Source: Gordius albopunctatus (taxonomy: Eukaryota). From it: a stretch of DNA of 64,000 nucleotides. The number at the start of each line of letters is the position of its first letter. The stretch's first letter is position 1. The notes beneath the pieces were generated by a model, which was given only the letters and a program-made list of their open reading frames with translations, ran no database searches and was not told where the DNA came from. The stretch is from contig OZ193909.1 in NCBI GenBank assembly GCA_964276515.1, positions 4,030,001 through 4,094,000 on the forward strand, written 5' to 3'. This document shows, in pieces, positions 12,465 through 24,550 of this stretch. Both the position numbers and the translations under genes were made by a program.

Positions 12465-12857
12465 TGTAAGTGTTGGACGATGGCTGTGAGAAATTGCCGT
12501 GAAATTAATCCGCTAGAATGAGCGACGACTACGAGTAAATTTAAGGTATTGGGTAAGGGGGACCGTTTGGTTCTTCCTTCATGCTACCGCTTGACCCACG
12601 AGATTCAAAGATGAAAAATAAAATATCCCCCCCCCGCCCCACAGGACTAACGAGTAGAAAAATAAATATATCATTGTATCATGGTCAAATGCCCGCTATT
12701 TACACCTTGTCGATGCACTTCTCATTTGCATGAGGGATGCCGACAGTTCCATGTACTGCACATCTCCACTAATATGAGGCATGCTTTTTATATATTTGCC
12801 TGCTTATAATTAGTGCCCATTATTCACATAACTAATTTTAGTTGGCAAGATACAACA
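12465..12857 (-). mobile_element. Second, diverged solo-LTR-like repeat in inverted orientation
   Basis: Reverse complement starts TGTTGTATCTTGCCAA and shares GGCACTAATT, GAGATGTGCAGTACAT and ATGCAAAT blocks with 6832-7110. It may end CTTACA. Confidence 0.5.
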
Positions 12858-13675
12858 GGCTATCCTTCCTAGCTCATTTGCATAAGCGAGTAAGTAAAGT
12901 GATTCAACTAAAACTACAACAATATTCAATATTTCCTGGTTGTTTTGTTATTTAAAAGAATTGACTTTTCTACTAATAGTCAATTTTCAGTAAAAATGTT
13001 GTTAAACATTTGATTTATATTTTAAACTTAATTTTGGCAATTTCGGACACAGATTTAGAAATAAAGTTGACATATATGGGGTGATAAACTATCGTCTCTA
13101 TTGATAAAAAATGTCCTAACCCTTTCGTCACAGATATTAAATAAAAATAAGATTTTTTAATCAACTAACAAATTTTTTATATATGATAATGTACATAAAA
13201 GCATATCTAGCCGCAAGCAATAGGAAAAATCATTATATTTGCCAATGCTTTTAACAGCATTCGAAGAGAAACCCTCATTAACACTTTTTTAGCTGTATCC
13301 ACACAATTTTTAAATTACATTTTATTAAGCTATGGTTCTATAACCAAGCTTAGATTCGGCGAATACCTCATTGACTCGTCCGAAGGCATCCAACAAGGAG
13401 ATCCATTAGGCCCTCCTTTATTTTGTTTAGGCATTCATAATTCAGTCGAGGCTATATCATCTCAGTGTACCCTCGATTTAAATATTTTGTATCAACGACG
13501 CCACACTATTTGGCCGCCCGGAGGAGATTAGTAAAGCTCTAGAAATCATCAAAAACTTTGAACCCACTCTAAATCTTAAATCATACTCGAAAAAATGTTA
13601 AATCTTTTAGGTTCCCAACACTATTGACTTTCCAGTTTTTGAAACATTTTTAGTTTTAGAGAGAGAAAACATATA

Positions 13676-14893
13676 GGGAAGACCAGGGCTACTTTAGCCA
13701 TAAAAAATTAAATCGCGTTTAAAAAAAACTAAAAACAATTTTTCCATTTTTTTTGTTGGAATATATTTTTAAGGTCTATTTTTACTATAGGAAAAATATT
13801 TGGAGGCAAATAAAAGTTTATCACAAATTAAGTTTAAAAAAACAAAAATCTAAAATATTTTGAAAATAACCGGATCTAGTCATAGCCGTTAGATTTTTTT
13901 TAATGTATATATTGTTTATTTGAATGTAAGAACGTTATAAAAAACGAAGTGTTAAAATTCGAAAAATATAAGAGCGGGTAGAAAACAAAATAAAAAAATT
14001 ATAATTAAAAAGCGTCGCATGTATCATATAATAAAAGTTTAAAATTGTACTTTGCTATTAAAATACCAATTTTTTGTTTAACTATAAAATTTGTGGAATA
14101 TTTAGAGGGCGGGCAGCGACGGCTGATATCTTTAAAAGGCTTGATGGCGGCAGGACCAAAAGTCTCAGAACATGAGGCAACGATAGGGGTAAAGATATTA
14201 GAGGGTAGGAGGGCTTCTGACGTTTTCACATCTTATAAGTTTATGCTAACTCAAATCAATAAAAATATTCTTTCATTATAAAAATGTAGAAAATACAAAT
14301 GTAATATGATTGTATTTTATATAAAAGAAATAAAAATAGAGTCAAGATGATAATCTGACTTAAGAACACTCAAAAGGCGGATTTAGCAATGGAAAAAGAC
14401 TTTTAGTCGTTTTATAATGTATAATCATAGTCTATTTCTATTCCAAATAACACTATGTTAGATTATTAAACAAAATTTTTTGTTTTTTAATAAAAAATGG
14501 CTAGCAATAGCCCCTCTCCGACTAGCCCCGACCCCTATTTTCATAAACAATTAAAAGTTTAAGATGTTATATTGCATATAAAAATTTAATCATTAGACAA
14601 TTTTTATATAGAAATCTCCCTTTATAAGATAAAAGTTAAATACATCCAAAATATTCAGCCTAAAAAATTTTATGTGCTAAATAAAAAATTTTGTAAAGGC
14701 TACTAATAGCCCCGAAAAATAGTTTTTTCTCAATATAAATTTTAAATTTTATTTTTTCTAAGCATATTTTTTTGCTTATGGCTTATGGAAAAATACACAT
14801 ATGGTTTAAATTTTGCTTTAATATCAATATTATTTTACAAAATAATTAGAAAGATAATAGTAACCCCGGGCTACGACTAGCCCCGGTCTTTCC
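13676..14893. mobile_element. Non-autonomous TA-flanked DNA transposon (Tc1/mariner-pogo type)
   Basis: TA|GGGAAGACCAGGGCTAC...TAGCCCCGGTCTTTCC|TA imperfect TIRs, with repeated internal TAGCCCC motifs. Confidence 0.75.
13894..14235 (-). mobile_element. 3' end of a third CRE-like subfamily (C) nested in the MITE
   Basis: ORF 14005-14229 (LPSNIFTPIVASCSETFG...KQKIGILIAKYNF) matches the endonuclease C-terminus of families A and B. Minus-strand AATAAA and an A8 tail lie at ~13894-13920. Confidence 0.8.
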
Positions 14894-17400
14894 TACCTTT
14901 TGGGATCATCCATTGGCGGCGAAAAATCTCTTTTAAATTTGCTTCATAAGAACCTCGAAATATTAAAATCTAAAACGGAACTTTTAAAATGCTTGCCTGC
15001 ACATCACATTTTTTACTTAATCAAAAACTATTTCAACATTTAAAAGATTTATCATTGTTTTCGCTCATCTGCTGCATTTTGACACCAACACGTTTTAAAG
15101 TCGCACGAAGGCTTTTTAAAAACTTTATTAGAAAAAATTTAAAATTTAATACTAACAATCGGATTCAAGCATCCCTTCCAACCAAATATGGAGGATCAGG
15201 AATTCGTCCTGGCGGCAGCCTATCGCTAGCTGCTTTTATTTCCTCTTTTAAGTCAGTCCAAAACTCAATTTTTAATCTCACAACATATGATTCCGACCCT
15301 CTGTTAACTCAAGCCTTGGAGCTTTGGAATTTGAATGTGACACCAGAGACTATTTAACCTCAAAGTACGAGACAAGATTGGGATTCTTGACTAGTATCGC
15401 GCTCCGTTGATTACCTTTTATCGAGCAGCGATGATAGCCAGCATTACAACCTTAGGTCCCTCGCTTTTTATGGTCCCAGTCACGAGTGGCTTGAAGCCTA
15501 CCCATGCAATCCCCTCAATCCGTGAGCCGTTAGATCCCTCTCTTGAAGGTAGGATGCGCCCTGACAGTTCTTCTCTAGTCCCCTGGCAAAATAGCCTATC
15601 CCTCAAATGGGATTTTACTTGTATTGACATATTTGCCTCTTCCCATTTTAATTACGACCCTATCGCTGCAGCAAAAGGGCGTAAAACTACAAAGTACTCT
15701 GCCCTTTTGGCATCCAATATTTTTATCACTGTCGTTGCCTCGTGCTCCTGTTCTTTTGGTAAGCAGGTAATGGGGTTTTTTAAAGAAATCGGAAAACGCT
15801 CACCGAAATCTAAAATTTCTTAGTCCTTTTTACTCAGGCAACAACTAGGGATTATTATTCTACGATACAACTATAAATCCTTTGCCGACTGATGGCCCAT
15901 TTCAGGAGATCATGATATAGATCTATGTATCTAACTAATAGGTCTTTATTTATTTTTGTATTTAGCTTATTTATGTAACTTTGTTTCATTAAAATAAACT
16001 TTTTAACCATAAAAATCATTGTATTAGTCAGATTTTGATTGCCATGATCGATATTAGTTAGTCTTAAATAGTTTTGTGATACAGTGTCAAATATAATTCT
16101 ATATTATTAGCCAGGTATGAAGAAGGTTATGCTCCCAAAAATTCGTTTAAATAAAAGGCATGTATTTTGTTGCCAAATTTTTTGGTAGACTCTTTTGATG
16201 AAATTTTGACTTTTGCATTCGTCTTTAATCTATCGATTCTTGCAGAATTGTTTATCAGTTATCTTTGGAGTTAATTTGTTACGAGAAATTTCGATGGAAG
16301 GCATTAATATGTTCACAAATCACAATAAAGTAAAGTAATGGTTAATAAATCGCTATAACTAATTTCGCCATGACTTTATTAGTTATCATGGCGTCAGGGG
16401 GTGGTAGGGAGGGGCAGCTGGCGCCCTCTAAATCCGAAAATACTTTAAAATTTCATAAAATTCTCATTTTGCCTCTCTTTAAACGTTATTGCCTCTAGTG
16501 ATGGTGTTAAGTAAGATATAATATTGATATGAGTTTATATCAGCAAGATTCATCCATATAATCCCATCTACAGAATAAAACTTTGGCGAACCTTTTAAGT
16601 TTGCGAGGACAAATAGAAGTTGACAATAAAGCGCGTCGCAATATAACATGACCAAGGTGAATTCGTTTCAAATAAATATTTTAACGATTTTTAAATAAAA
16701 GTTATTGGTAAGATTTTTTTCTCATAGATTCTTGATAACAGATCATAATAATAATAAGGTTCTAATTTTTTTTAAATAAATTATAATATTTGTATTTTAT
16801 CATGATAAAATATTTTGTGTATACCAAAAAATGTCCTATTATAAAGCATACATCGATAGCAATTAATATGGAAATTTATTAGTGTAAATAATATAAATTA
16901 CACAAAGCTATAAGGGTATATGTAAAAAATAATAAGCCATGTTATGTTATTTTTGGGGCGTTAAGTTGAAGCCATTCTTTTATTGGATCGGATGTTGACT
17001 TCTAGAAAAATAGAATAATATTTATTGGTTTCTTAATTTATTTAACTAATAGTTTTTATGATGCTCTGAGATCAACAGCGAAACTTGTATAGCTTTCAAC
17101 ACACCCGATCTATAGTGAAACAAGTAGATACGGTGCACTTTTGAGGAATTTGATTTGCAAAATGCTCGACTCTGGTCTATTTTTAAAATTTCGACTAAGT
17201 CTAGAGGTCGACTAAGGAGAACAGACCAAAAAACCTTTGGTTTGTTTATGTTTAATCCACTAAAACCGAAGGTCGACCAAATAAAACCCAACCGTTTTTA
17301 CTACACTACGCTAAAGAGACAAATTTGACAATCGTCTTAGTTTTCCATCTCAAATGATTAGCCATTTTTTATGCTGATTTATGAGAACAGGTATATTAGC

Positions 17401-20400
17401 TCAAGATATTCCATGCATTACATTTTGACATCGATCCCCAGCATAGCCATCTAGGCATATGCATTCGCCTTCAATGTTGCAGTCGTTACGTCCGTAGGCG
17501 TTAATGCAATTTTTCGGGCATTCTAGATTTATACAAAATTAGTATAAATACGTAAAATAATATATATAATATTCGGTAAATCAAAAATATTTAGTTGAGC
17601 ACTAAACTCATAAGAATCATATAAAATGTTCTTTTAAATTAAGATAATCTTTGAAGCATACCAGTAGCTTGTGGGAAGAATATCGAGATCATATTTTTAA
17701 TAATGTATCAAGGTGTTTTAACACTTTTAGAGACACATTGGTATCAGTGCCAGAAACCTCGCTGTATATTAGTATTGTTATTGTATAAAAGAATGTTACT
17801 AATTTCGTTTTTTTCTTAAATGAAAAACTTTTTTATCTGAAGTATCAATAACAAAATTTACCATTCTAAGAGCATTTGTAATTAATACAGCCTTAGAATG
17901 GAAGACGTTGAATCTAGCGGAAGCATCCCAACAACATTACGTAAAAAGCTCATTTTTTTGGAATAATCTAAAAAGTTATTTCCATATGTTAATAGATTTA
18001 TAAGGTTCCCCTAGAAATAATTTAAAGACTTTTAAACTTATAGGTCAATCAGAAATGGTTGAAAACGCATGTTATTGTCACTTTAATTAAGCTGTGGCGA
18101 TTTCGATGTATCCAACTGCAGTTAAACTGGTATTTTTATTGGCATGTACCAAATTGTTTTTTTTTACGAGAAATATATAGATTTTTCCAGATTTATCAAA
18201 CATATATAAAAGGATTACAGGACTCACTCCAACGTTACTCTGCTCCTCTGGATATTCCATTTATTCATTACTTTTGCGATCACATCTTATTCTACCAACA
18301 TCACATTGTTGACATAGCTTTCAACTGCACCTAGCTAGTTATCTAATCATCAAACCTGCTAAATTTTTTATCATCCTTACCAACACCCTCGCTTATATTT
18401 AATTTCGCTGTTATTTGATTTTTATCATTGCGTGTTTTGGTTTAATAATAAAAATAAAGGATTTGACAATCTTTACAAAGCCCTAATTTATAAAACATGT
18501 TAAACCAGACTTCATGTGTTCATCATTAATACGTATTAAAACATAATCATCACTAGTCAAATGTTTTGCCAATCTGTATTATCTAATTTTATAGCAAAAC
18601 AAGCGAGCTTTATTTATTTATTTTTTATATAAATGACATTCACCAATACCTTTACTGCAATCGTCGCCATAAAACCCTGTTTTGCAATAACAACGCTTTC
18701 TATTGCATTCGCCAGATTTGGGATCGCCTTTATGGCATTTGCATTCACCAGATTTTGAATCGCGTTCATAATGGCATTTGCATTCGGCAGATTTGGAATT
18801 GCGTTCATGGCATTCGCAATCTATTAACGATTCAAAATTATTACTCCTTGCATTTAAAATTACAGAAGATGTGCAATTTGGTAAAAAAAATTTTATATTA
18901 AATAAAAATATGGCTTTTTATTTATTGAAATTATATGAGAATAAATCTATGAAGTAGTCATTTTAAATAGGTAACTATGAGTTTAAGATGTAAAAATGGT
19001 AGAATTTAAAAATGAGGAGTAAATTGAATTATATATTTTACTACTGAAATCACAATAAAATTCTTCCCCCTAAATAAATATGCTGTAAAATTTAAATCAA
19101 TGATTGAGAGGTGTACCTAGAGAACTCCTGAAATTACAACACAGAGAGTGTTAAAAAATTCATTTTTTAAATTAACTTATCACTGAAAATGAATTTTTAA
19201 GGTAGGATGTTTTGATCATTTATTGCTTTAATCATTGAAAATTTGGTATTCAAAAATTTATTATAAAAAAATAAGTTGGTAATAGAGAGTAGTTAAGGTG
19301 GAATTTATGATGGGCTAAGTCAGATTTTACTCAAATGGGGATGCAAAGAAGATGCTCATGATTAACTGAGATGCATACTGATGATATTTTTAAATTCTAA
19401 TCCTCATTTGGCTTAATATATAATAATATGTATTAACCATGAAATGCATAGCAATTAAAAGAGGGGGGATAGGCACCCCTAGACATGTCCATAATAATAA
19501 AATAGTTAAATAACACACGCGATATATATATAGGATAATGATTAAACATAATTTCATAACGTCAAGATGGATGAAACTTATTAAAACAAAGACTAAATCT
19601 TATATATAAAAATTATATATATATATATATATATATACTTGAACTGCAGTTGCTTCCATATTTGCCGATTGGGCATTCGCATTTGCCTTCCCAAGAGCAT
19701 TTGTTTCCATTTTTCATATGCTTACAACTACAAACTAACAAATACATTAGAGGTGAATTTAAGATATGATTATTGAATTTTTCAATTTTGATATAATTTA
19801 ATAAGGGGACCCAGACCTTTTAAGTCATTTATTCTTATCTTAAACTTTAAATCTAGAAACTACAAATTTTTCATAAAAAAATTGATGAAAAAGTCATTAT
19901 ATCTATTGAAGGAAATTTTGTTAAATTTCCAAACTGTAAGCTCCTAAAATGTCGGAGTTAAAATAAAAAATATTATAAACATGTGAAAATCATTCGAAAT
20001 AATAATCGATAATCACATACATCTCAACCTGATGGTTTCCAATTTTCAAATATAATCTAATTTTTAGTTTAGATTAATCTTAGAATGATTATTAGCCAGC
20101 TATATAAGATACTGTGACGGGTAATATTAACAATGTTGTTATATTATATTCGTCCCTGGTAAAATGTAATAACAAAAAACGGAATTAATCATTAAATTTG
20201 AGAATTTGATAAAGTCAGAAATTTTAGAATATATATATATATTTTTTTCTATGATTTAGTTATAGCTAAAAAAGATTTTTAAATATAAAATTGTAATAAG
20301 GTTTCATATTTTAAATAACCTTGATTACTGCCTTCTAATTTTAAGATCGACTTTCTTTAAACCTCTTTTAACTCCTTATAGCATCTAGTTGCTTTGTTTT

Positions 20401-23400
20401 AAATGGATAGGAAGTGCGATAATTTTTAATGTTAAATTTATTAATATCTTGATTAGAGTCATAAATATATCTATCTTCAATACCCAAATATAAATCAATA
20501 TAAGTTTTGAAATATTAACAGTGACTTGAATTTCTTACGTAAGTTATATATAAATTTTTAACTCACTTATAAATAATGTCATTTAATTATTATTTGCAAT
20601 ATTCTTCTTAAAACACCGCAAAAGTAAGATTTTGATATCACTTATAGTTCAATAGTTTCTATTTAAAACTCAAATAACTCATTATGAACGAGTTGCACCA
20701 ATTTCTATGGTGTTGTGACCTTTGTACACCTTCACAGTTATCACGAACAAGCCAAATTTATCTCAAAATTTTATGAAACAAATTAACGACGTTATTAACC
20801 CTCGAGAGCACTCCTGAAAATCACGAACGCGAGAGCATTCGTGGGGTATATTTGACCCCATTTTTTAACTTCCTATAACTTTTTAAGTATTTTTTTAAAC
20901 CTTTCAAATTTTGAAAATGTGTTTATAAAGGTCTTAAGATTGATGGTATAAATTTTGATATGAATCTAATCAACATTACAAAACTTATTAACGATTTTCT
21001 TGACCCCCATTTTTATTTTGACTATTTTAGAGTTTTACCTCTTGACATCATATACCTTAAAATAAATCAAAATAAACGTGATTTTTTATTAAAAGAATGT
21101 CCAAAATATATTAAAAACACAAATTGTAAAAGATATCATCAAACAAAAAAAATACATACATTTTTTCCAATAGAAAAAAACTTACGTGAGAGCATTCGTG
21201 GGGTACACAGTTTAAAAAGTAGTGGGCCAAAAGTTATGAAATTTTCCTAAAACTTAGTTCTTGGTAAAATATTAGGCTACTGAAAAGGCCAGATTAATTC
21301 GTTTTTAAATGCATTTTATATTTGTGTTTGGACCCCACGAATGCTCTCGAGGGTTAATAGAGAATAATGTACCCGATTCACACAAACGACCATAAAATCC
21401 ATCTTTGCAAACGCAGTATCCATTATGAGTCCACAGTGTTTGACTCCGAACGCACTCTGTAATTGCCCCAAAAATACATTTCATTTTTATTTTTTCAAAT
21501 CGTTGGCTTATGCCATAGTAAATAGGTTTAGAAGTTACTTACTTTCGTTGCAGAGTTGCCCAACAACGTAATCCTGACAAATGCACATTCCGATTGGATT
21601 CACCTTTTTAGATGGACATTTACTCACTAAATAAACAATGAAGTTTGTTGCATATGAGTCTAGCTCAGAATTTTATTATTATTACTATTATATAGAGAGC
21701 GTAGTAATAATGTCTTTCATATAGATAAATTTTAACGGTATTTTAATTAAATATGAACTAATTAATCTTAACCCCCTGCATTGAATTGGTTTTCTATTCA
21801 TACATGTGTTTCCTTGATTTATACAACATAGATGATTATCAAAATGTTTTAATTGTGGCATTTAAAAGCAAGTTAAGTCAGCTGATTTTTACTTTAAATC
21901 TCTCATCTGATTAGATGTTGATCCTATATGATATAAAAATTTAGTTTGGGTGAAGGTCATATACAAATAAATTAGGTTTTGTTGCAAAGTCCATATTTTG
22001 GTAAATGTAAAATAAATCATCCCTGACGCATATGTACAACTTATGAAAAATATGTATCAAACTTCAACGTGCGTTAGGACGACAGTTGGAGACTCTCAAC
22101 CTTTTTAGGTTAAAATTGGATTACAAGAATGATCTGCTTTAAATCGTTTTTTATTCAATATAATTGTGGATGATAACTAGAGACATTTATAAGCCATCTG
22201 CTGTATGCTATATGCCGATGATATATTACTATGCGAAGGGACAAAGGAGAAAGTATTCTAAGAAGCCAAAAAATGGTCAAAGCGCTCAGCGGAATATGGT
22301 TTAAAGGTCAAAAATATAAAAACGGTGTACATGGAGATAAAGGTTATAGACACCACATCATTAGATGATTATATGAAGTACCCAAAAGTAGATAGGTTTG
22401 CATACCTTGACTCGATGCAACATTAGGAGAGAGATTACGCAACACACGTAAATGCCCGGATTCAAAAAAGATGGCTTAAATGGCGAAGTCTATCACGTGT
22501 AATGTGCGACAAGAAAATTCCACTATGGTTGAAGAACAAAGCTTACAAATCCATCGTAAGATTGGGGTTACTTTACAGAGGCACTATACGTCACGGAAGA
22601 AAAGTTGGTACAGGCCATGGAGAAGAGAGTCATATGGTGGAGCCTTGGGTATACTAAGCTCGACCATATGTTTCTCAGGACGAAAATGGATATTCAACTT
22701 ATGACGGACTTAACGAAAAAAGATGGGCACATACTAAGAAGGAAGACGAGTGATGTATTCGAAAAGTACTGTATATGGGGGTATCGTGGAAAGGAGGAGG
22801 AGGACGCTCTTGTCTCATTGCAAGGACAAGTGGACAAAGTTATGAATAATAAGAATATTAACCAAGACATGGCCCTTACCAATTCAAGATAAAAGAAAAC
22901 TGTCAAAACAAATCCGACGACAGTGAGATCAAATACTTGATAAAGAAGAAGAAAATTTTCTTAATTCTAAATTAATTTTTTGATAGCCAAATCATAAATA
23001 ACATAACTGATAAATTGGAAATGAATATATTATGTGTCATAATTATTATAACCGTCTTGGCAATAGCCTCCGGAATAGTTATCATGGCATATGCACCAAC
23101 CATAAAAATCACATTCACCAAATGAGCCTTTCAAGTTACACGAACAATCTATTAATAAGCATGTGAAATATGCGTAAACAAAAGAATATATGTTTTTATA
23201 AATGTGTTTTATTGAAAGTATTTAACATTTTTTAACTGTCTATTTTATCAAAGTTATTATTAACGTTAAATTTTAGTTAATTTATATAGTATTAAGATTA
23301 TGAGGCATTATTTAGTGGAACTAGATTTGTAGTTTTAGGCTGTGAAGTGGGCTAATTTTCGAAACGTTTTAATATTATTTACTAACTAATGAAAGCCTTT

Positions 23401-23895
23401 TACTACTTCTAAATTTTTTAATTCAAAAAAGTTTATTTTAATCCTTTCTGATTTGTTTAAAAAGAATTGATTGTTTGATTCTGTTCTACAAACCTTAACC
23501 AACGAATATAGTTTAAATATCCAAATGAAAAACGATATTTGATTTTTCATATTGAGTTAGGTTCTAATCGAAATGTTATGACTTTTTTTAAACTTTTTCA
23601 TTGATACTTTTAAAGGTGTTATTTTACTTTGTGAGCAATCAATTCCATAACTTCCTATAGGACACGCATTGAAATTGTCATTAAATTCTTCGTACGTTAG
23701 CGCAAAGTTGACTTTATATAGAACTAAATTTTAAAAAATTTTGGAATTTTAACAAAATATCAAAATATTGAATAGGTAATTTTTAATAATTTCCAATGAT
23801 TTAAATCGATATAATTATATTTAATATAAGTCAAATATATATTAAAGCTTACTCGCCAATATAAATAATAAATATTTATGCATAAAATTTTGCAT
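17401..23895 (-). CDS. Secreted multi-EGF-like cysteine-rich protein, complete copy 2 (~263 aa; exons 23853-23895, 23628-23723, 23053-23148, 21543-21626, 21373-21456, 19639-19734, 18650-18820, 17401-17522)
   Basis: Spliced length 792 nt, open throughout: MQNFMHKYLLFILAILYKVNFALTYEEFNDNFNACPIGSYGIDCSQNCSCNLKGSFGECDFYGWCICHDNYSGGYCQD...CICQDYVVGQLCNE...CVCKDGFYGRLCES...CECPIGKYGSNCSS...CYCKTGFYGDDCSKECPKNC...CICLDGYAGDRCQNVMHGIS*. No transmembrane segment seen. Confidence 0.87.
20799..21353. mobile_element. piggyBac-like MITE (copy 2)
   Basis: Copy of 2103-2657 with TTAA flanks. Confidence 0.9.
22036..22954 (+). mobile_element. RTE LINE fragment (copy 2)
   Basis: Copy of 3340-4258. Confidence 0.8.
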
Positions 23896-23929
23896 TACGA
23901 CTTTAATTTGTATAATTTTCAAATAATAT

Positions 23930-24386
23930 CTCAACTAATTAATTGTTATTATATATATTTGTACTTTAGCTCGTTTTACTCAACTAATTAATTATTATTA
24001 TTATTAATACTTCAGCTCGTTTTACTAAACTAATTAATTGTTACTATTAATATTTGTACTTCCGTTCGTTTTACTCAACTAATTAATTTTTACTATTAAA
24101 ATTTGTACTTTAGCTCGTTTTACTCAACTAATTAATTGTTATTATTAATATTTGTACTTTAGCTCGTTTTACTCAACTAATTAATTGTTACTATTAATAT
24201 TTGTACTTTAGCTCGTTTTACTCAACTAATTAATTGTTATTATTAATATTTGTACTTTAGCTCGTTTTACTCAACTAATTAATTGTTATTGTTAATAGTT
24301 GTACTTTAGCTCGTTTTACTCAACTAATTAATTGTTATTATTAATATTTGTACTTCAGCTCGTTTTATTCAACTAATTAATTGTTA
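23930..24386. repeat. 49-bp minisatellite (copy 2)
   Basis: Same variant pattern as 5234-5690. Confidence 0.97.
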
Positions 24387-24550
24387 TATTAGAAATTAGT
24401 AAATAAATTGCAGGTTAATGATTGTTGGCTTATAAATGACAATACACTAATCATTTATTAATTTCATTCTTTATACTTTATTAAATCATTTTTGCTACCT
24501 ATATATACATCAAATTATGACGATTAAAAAATAATTCATTTAAGCTATAA

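Larger units (their letters stand above)
13243..16008 (+). mobile_element. 5'-truncated degenerate CRE-clade retrotransposon (family B), interrupted by a MITE
   Basis: NAFNSIRR, GIQQGDPLGPPLFCLGI, QASLPTKYGGSGIR and restriction-like endonuclease motifs RMRPDSSSLVPW...KWDFTCID...KTTKY, followed by a 3'UTR with AATAAA. Confidence 0.88.

Noticed and set aside
8030..16008. One retrotransposon split by a captured serpin
   Set aside because: The two halves overlap over NAFNSIRR-GIQ and are clearly diverged there, so they are separate subfamilies.
18614..18808. NAIPNL repeat ORF as a protein
   Set aside because: It is an alternative frame of EGF exon 7; splice phase selects the cysteine-rich frame.
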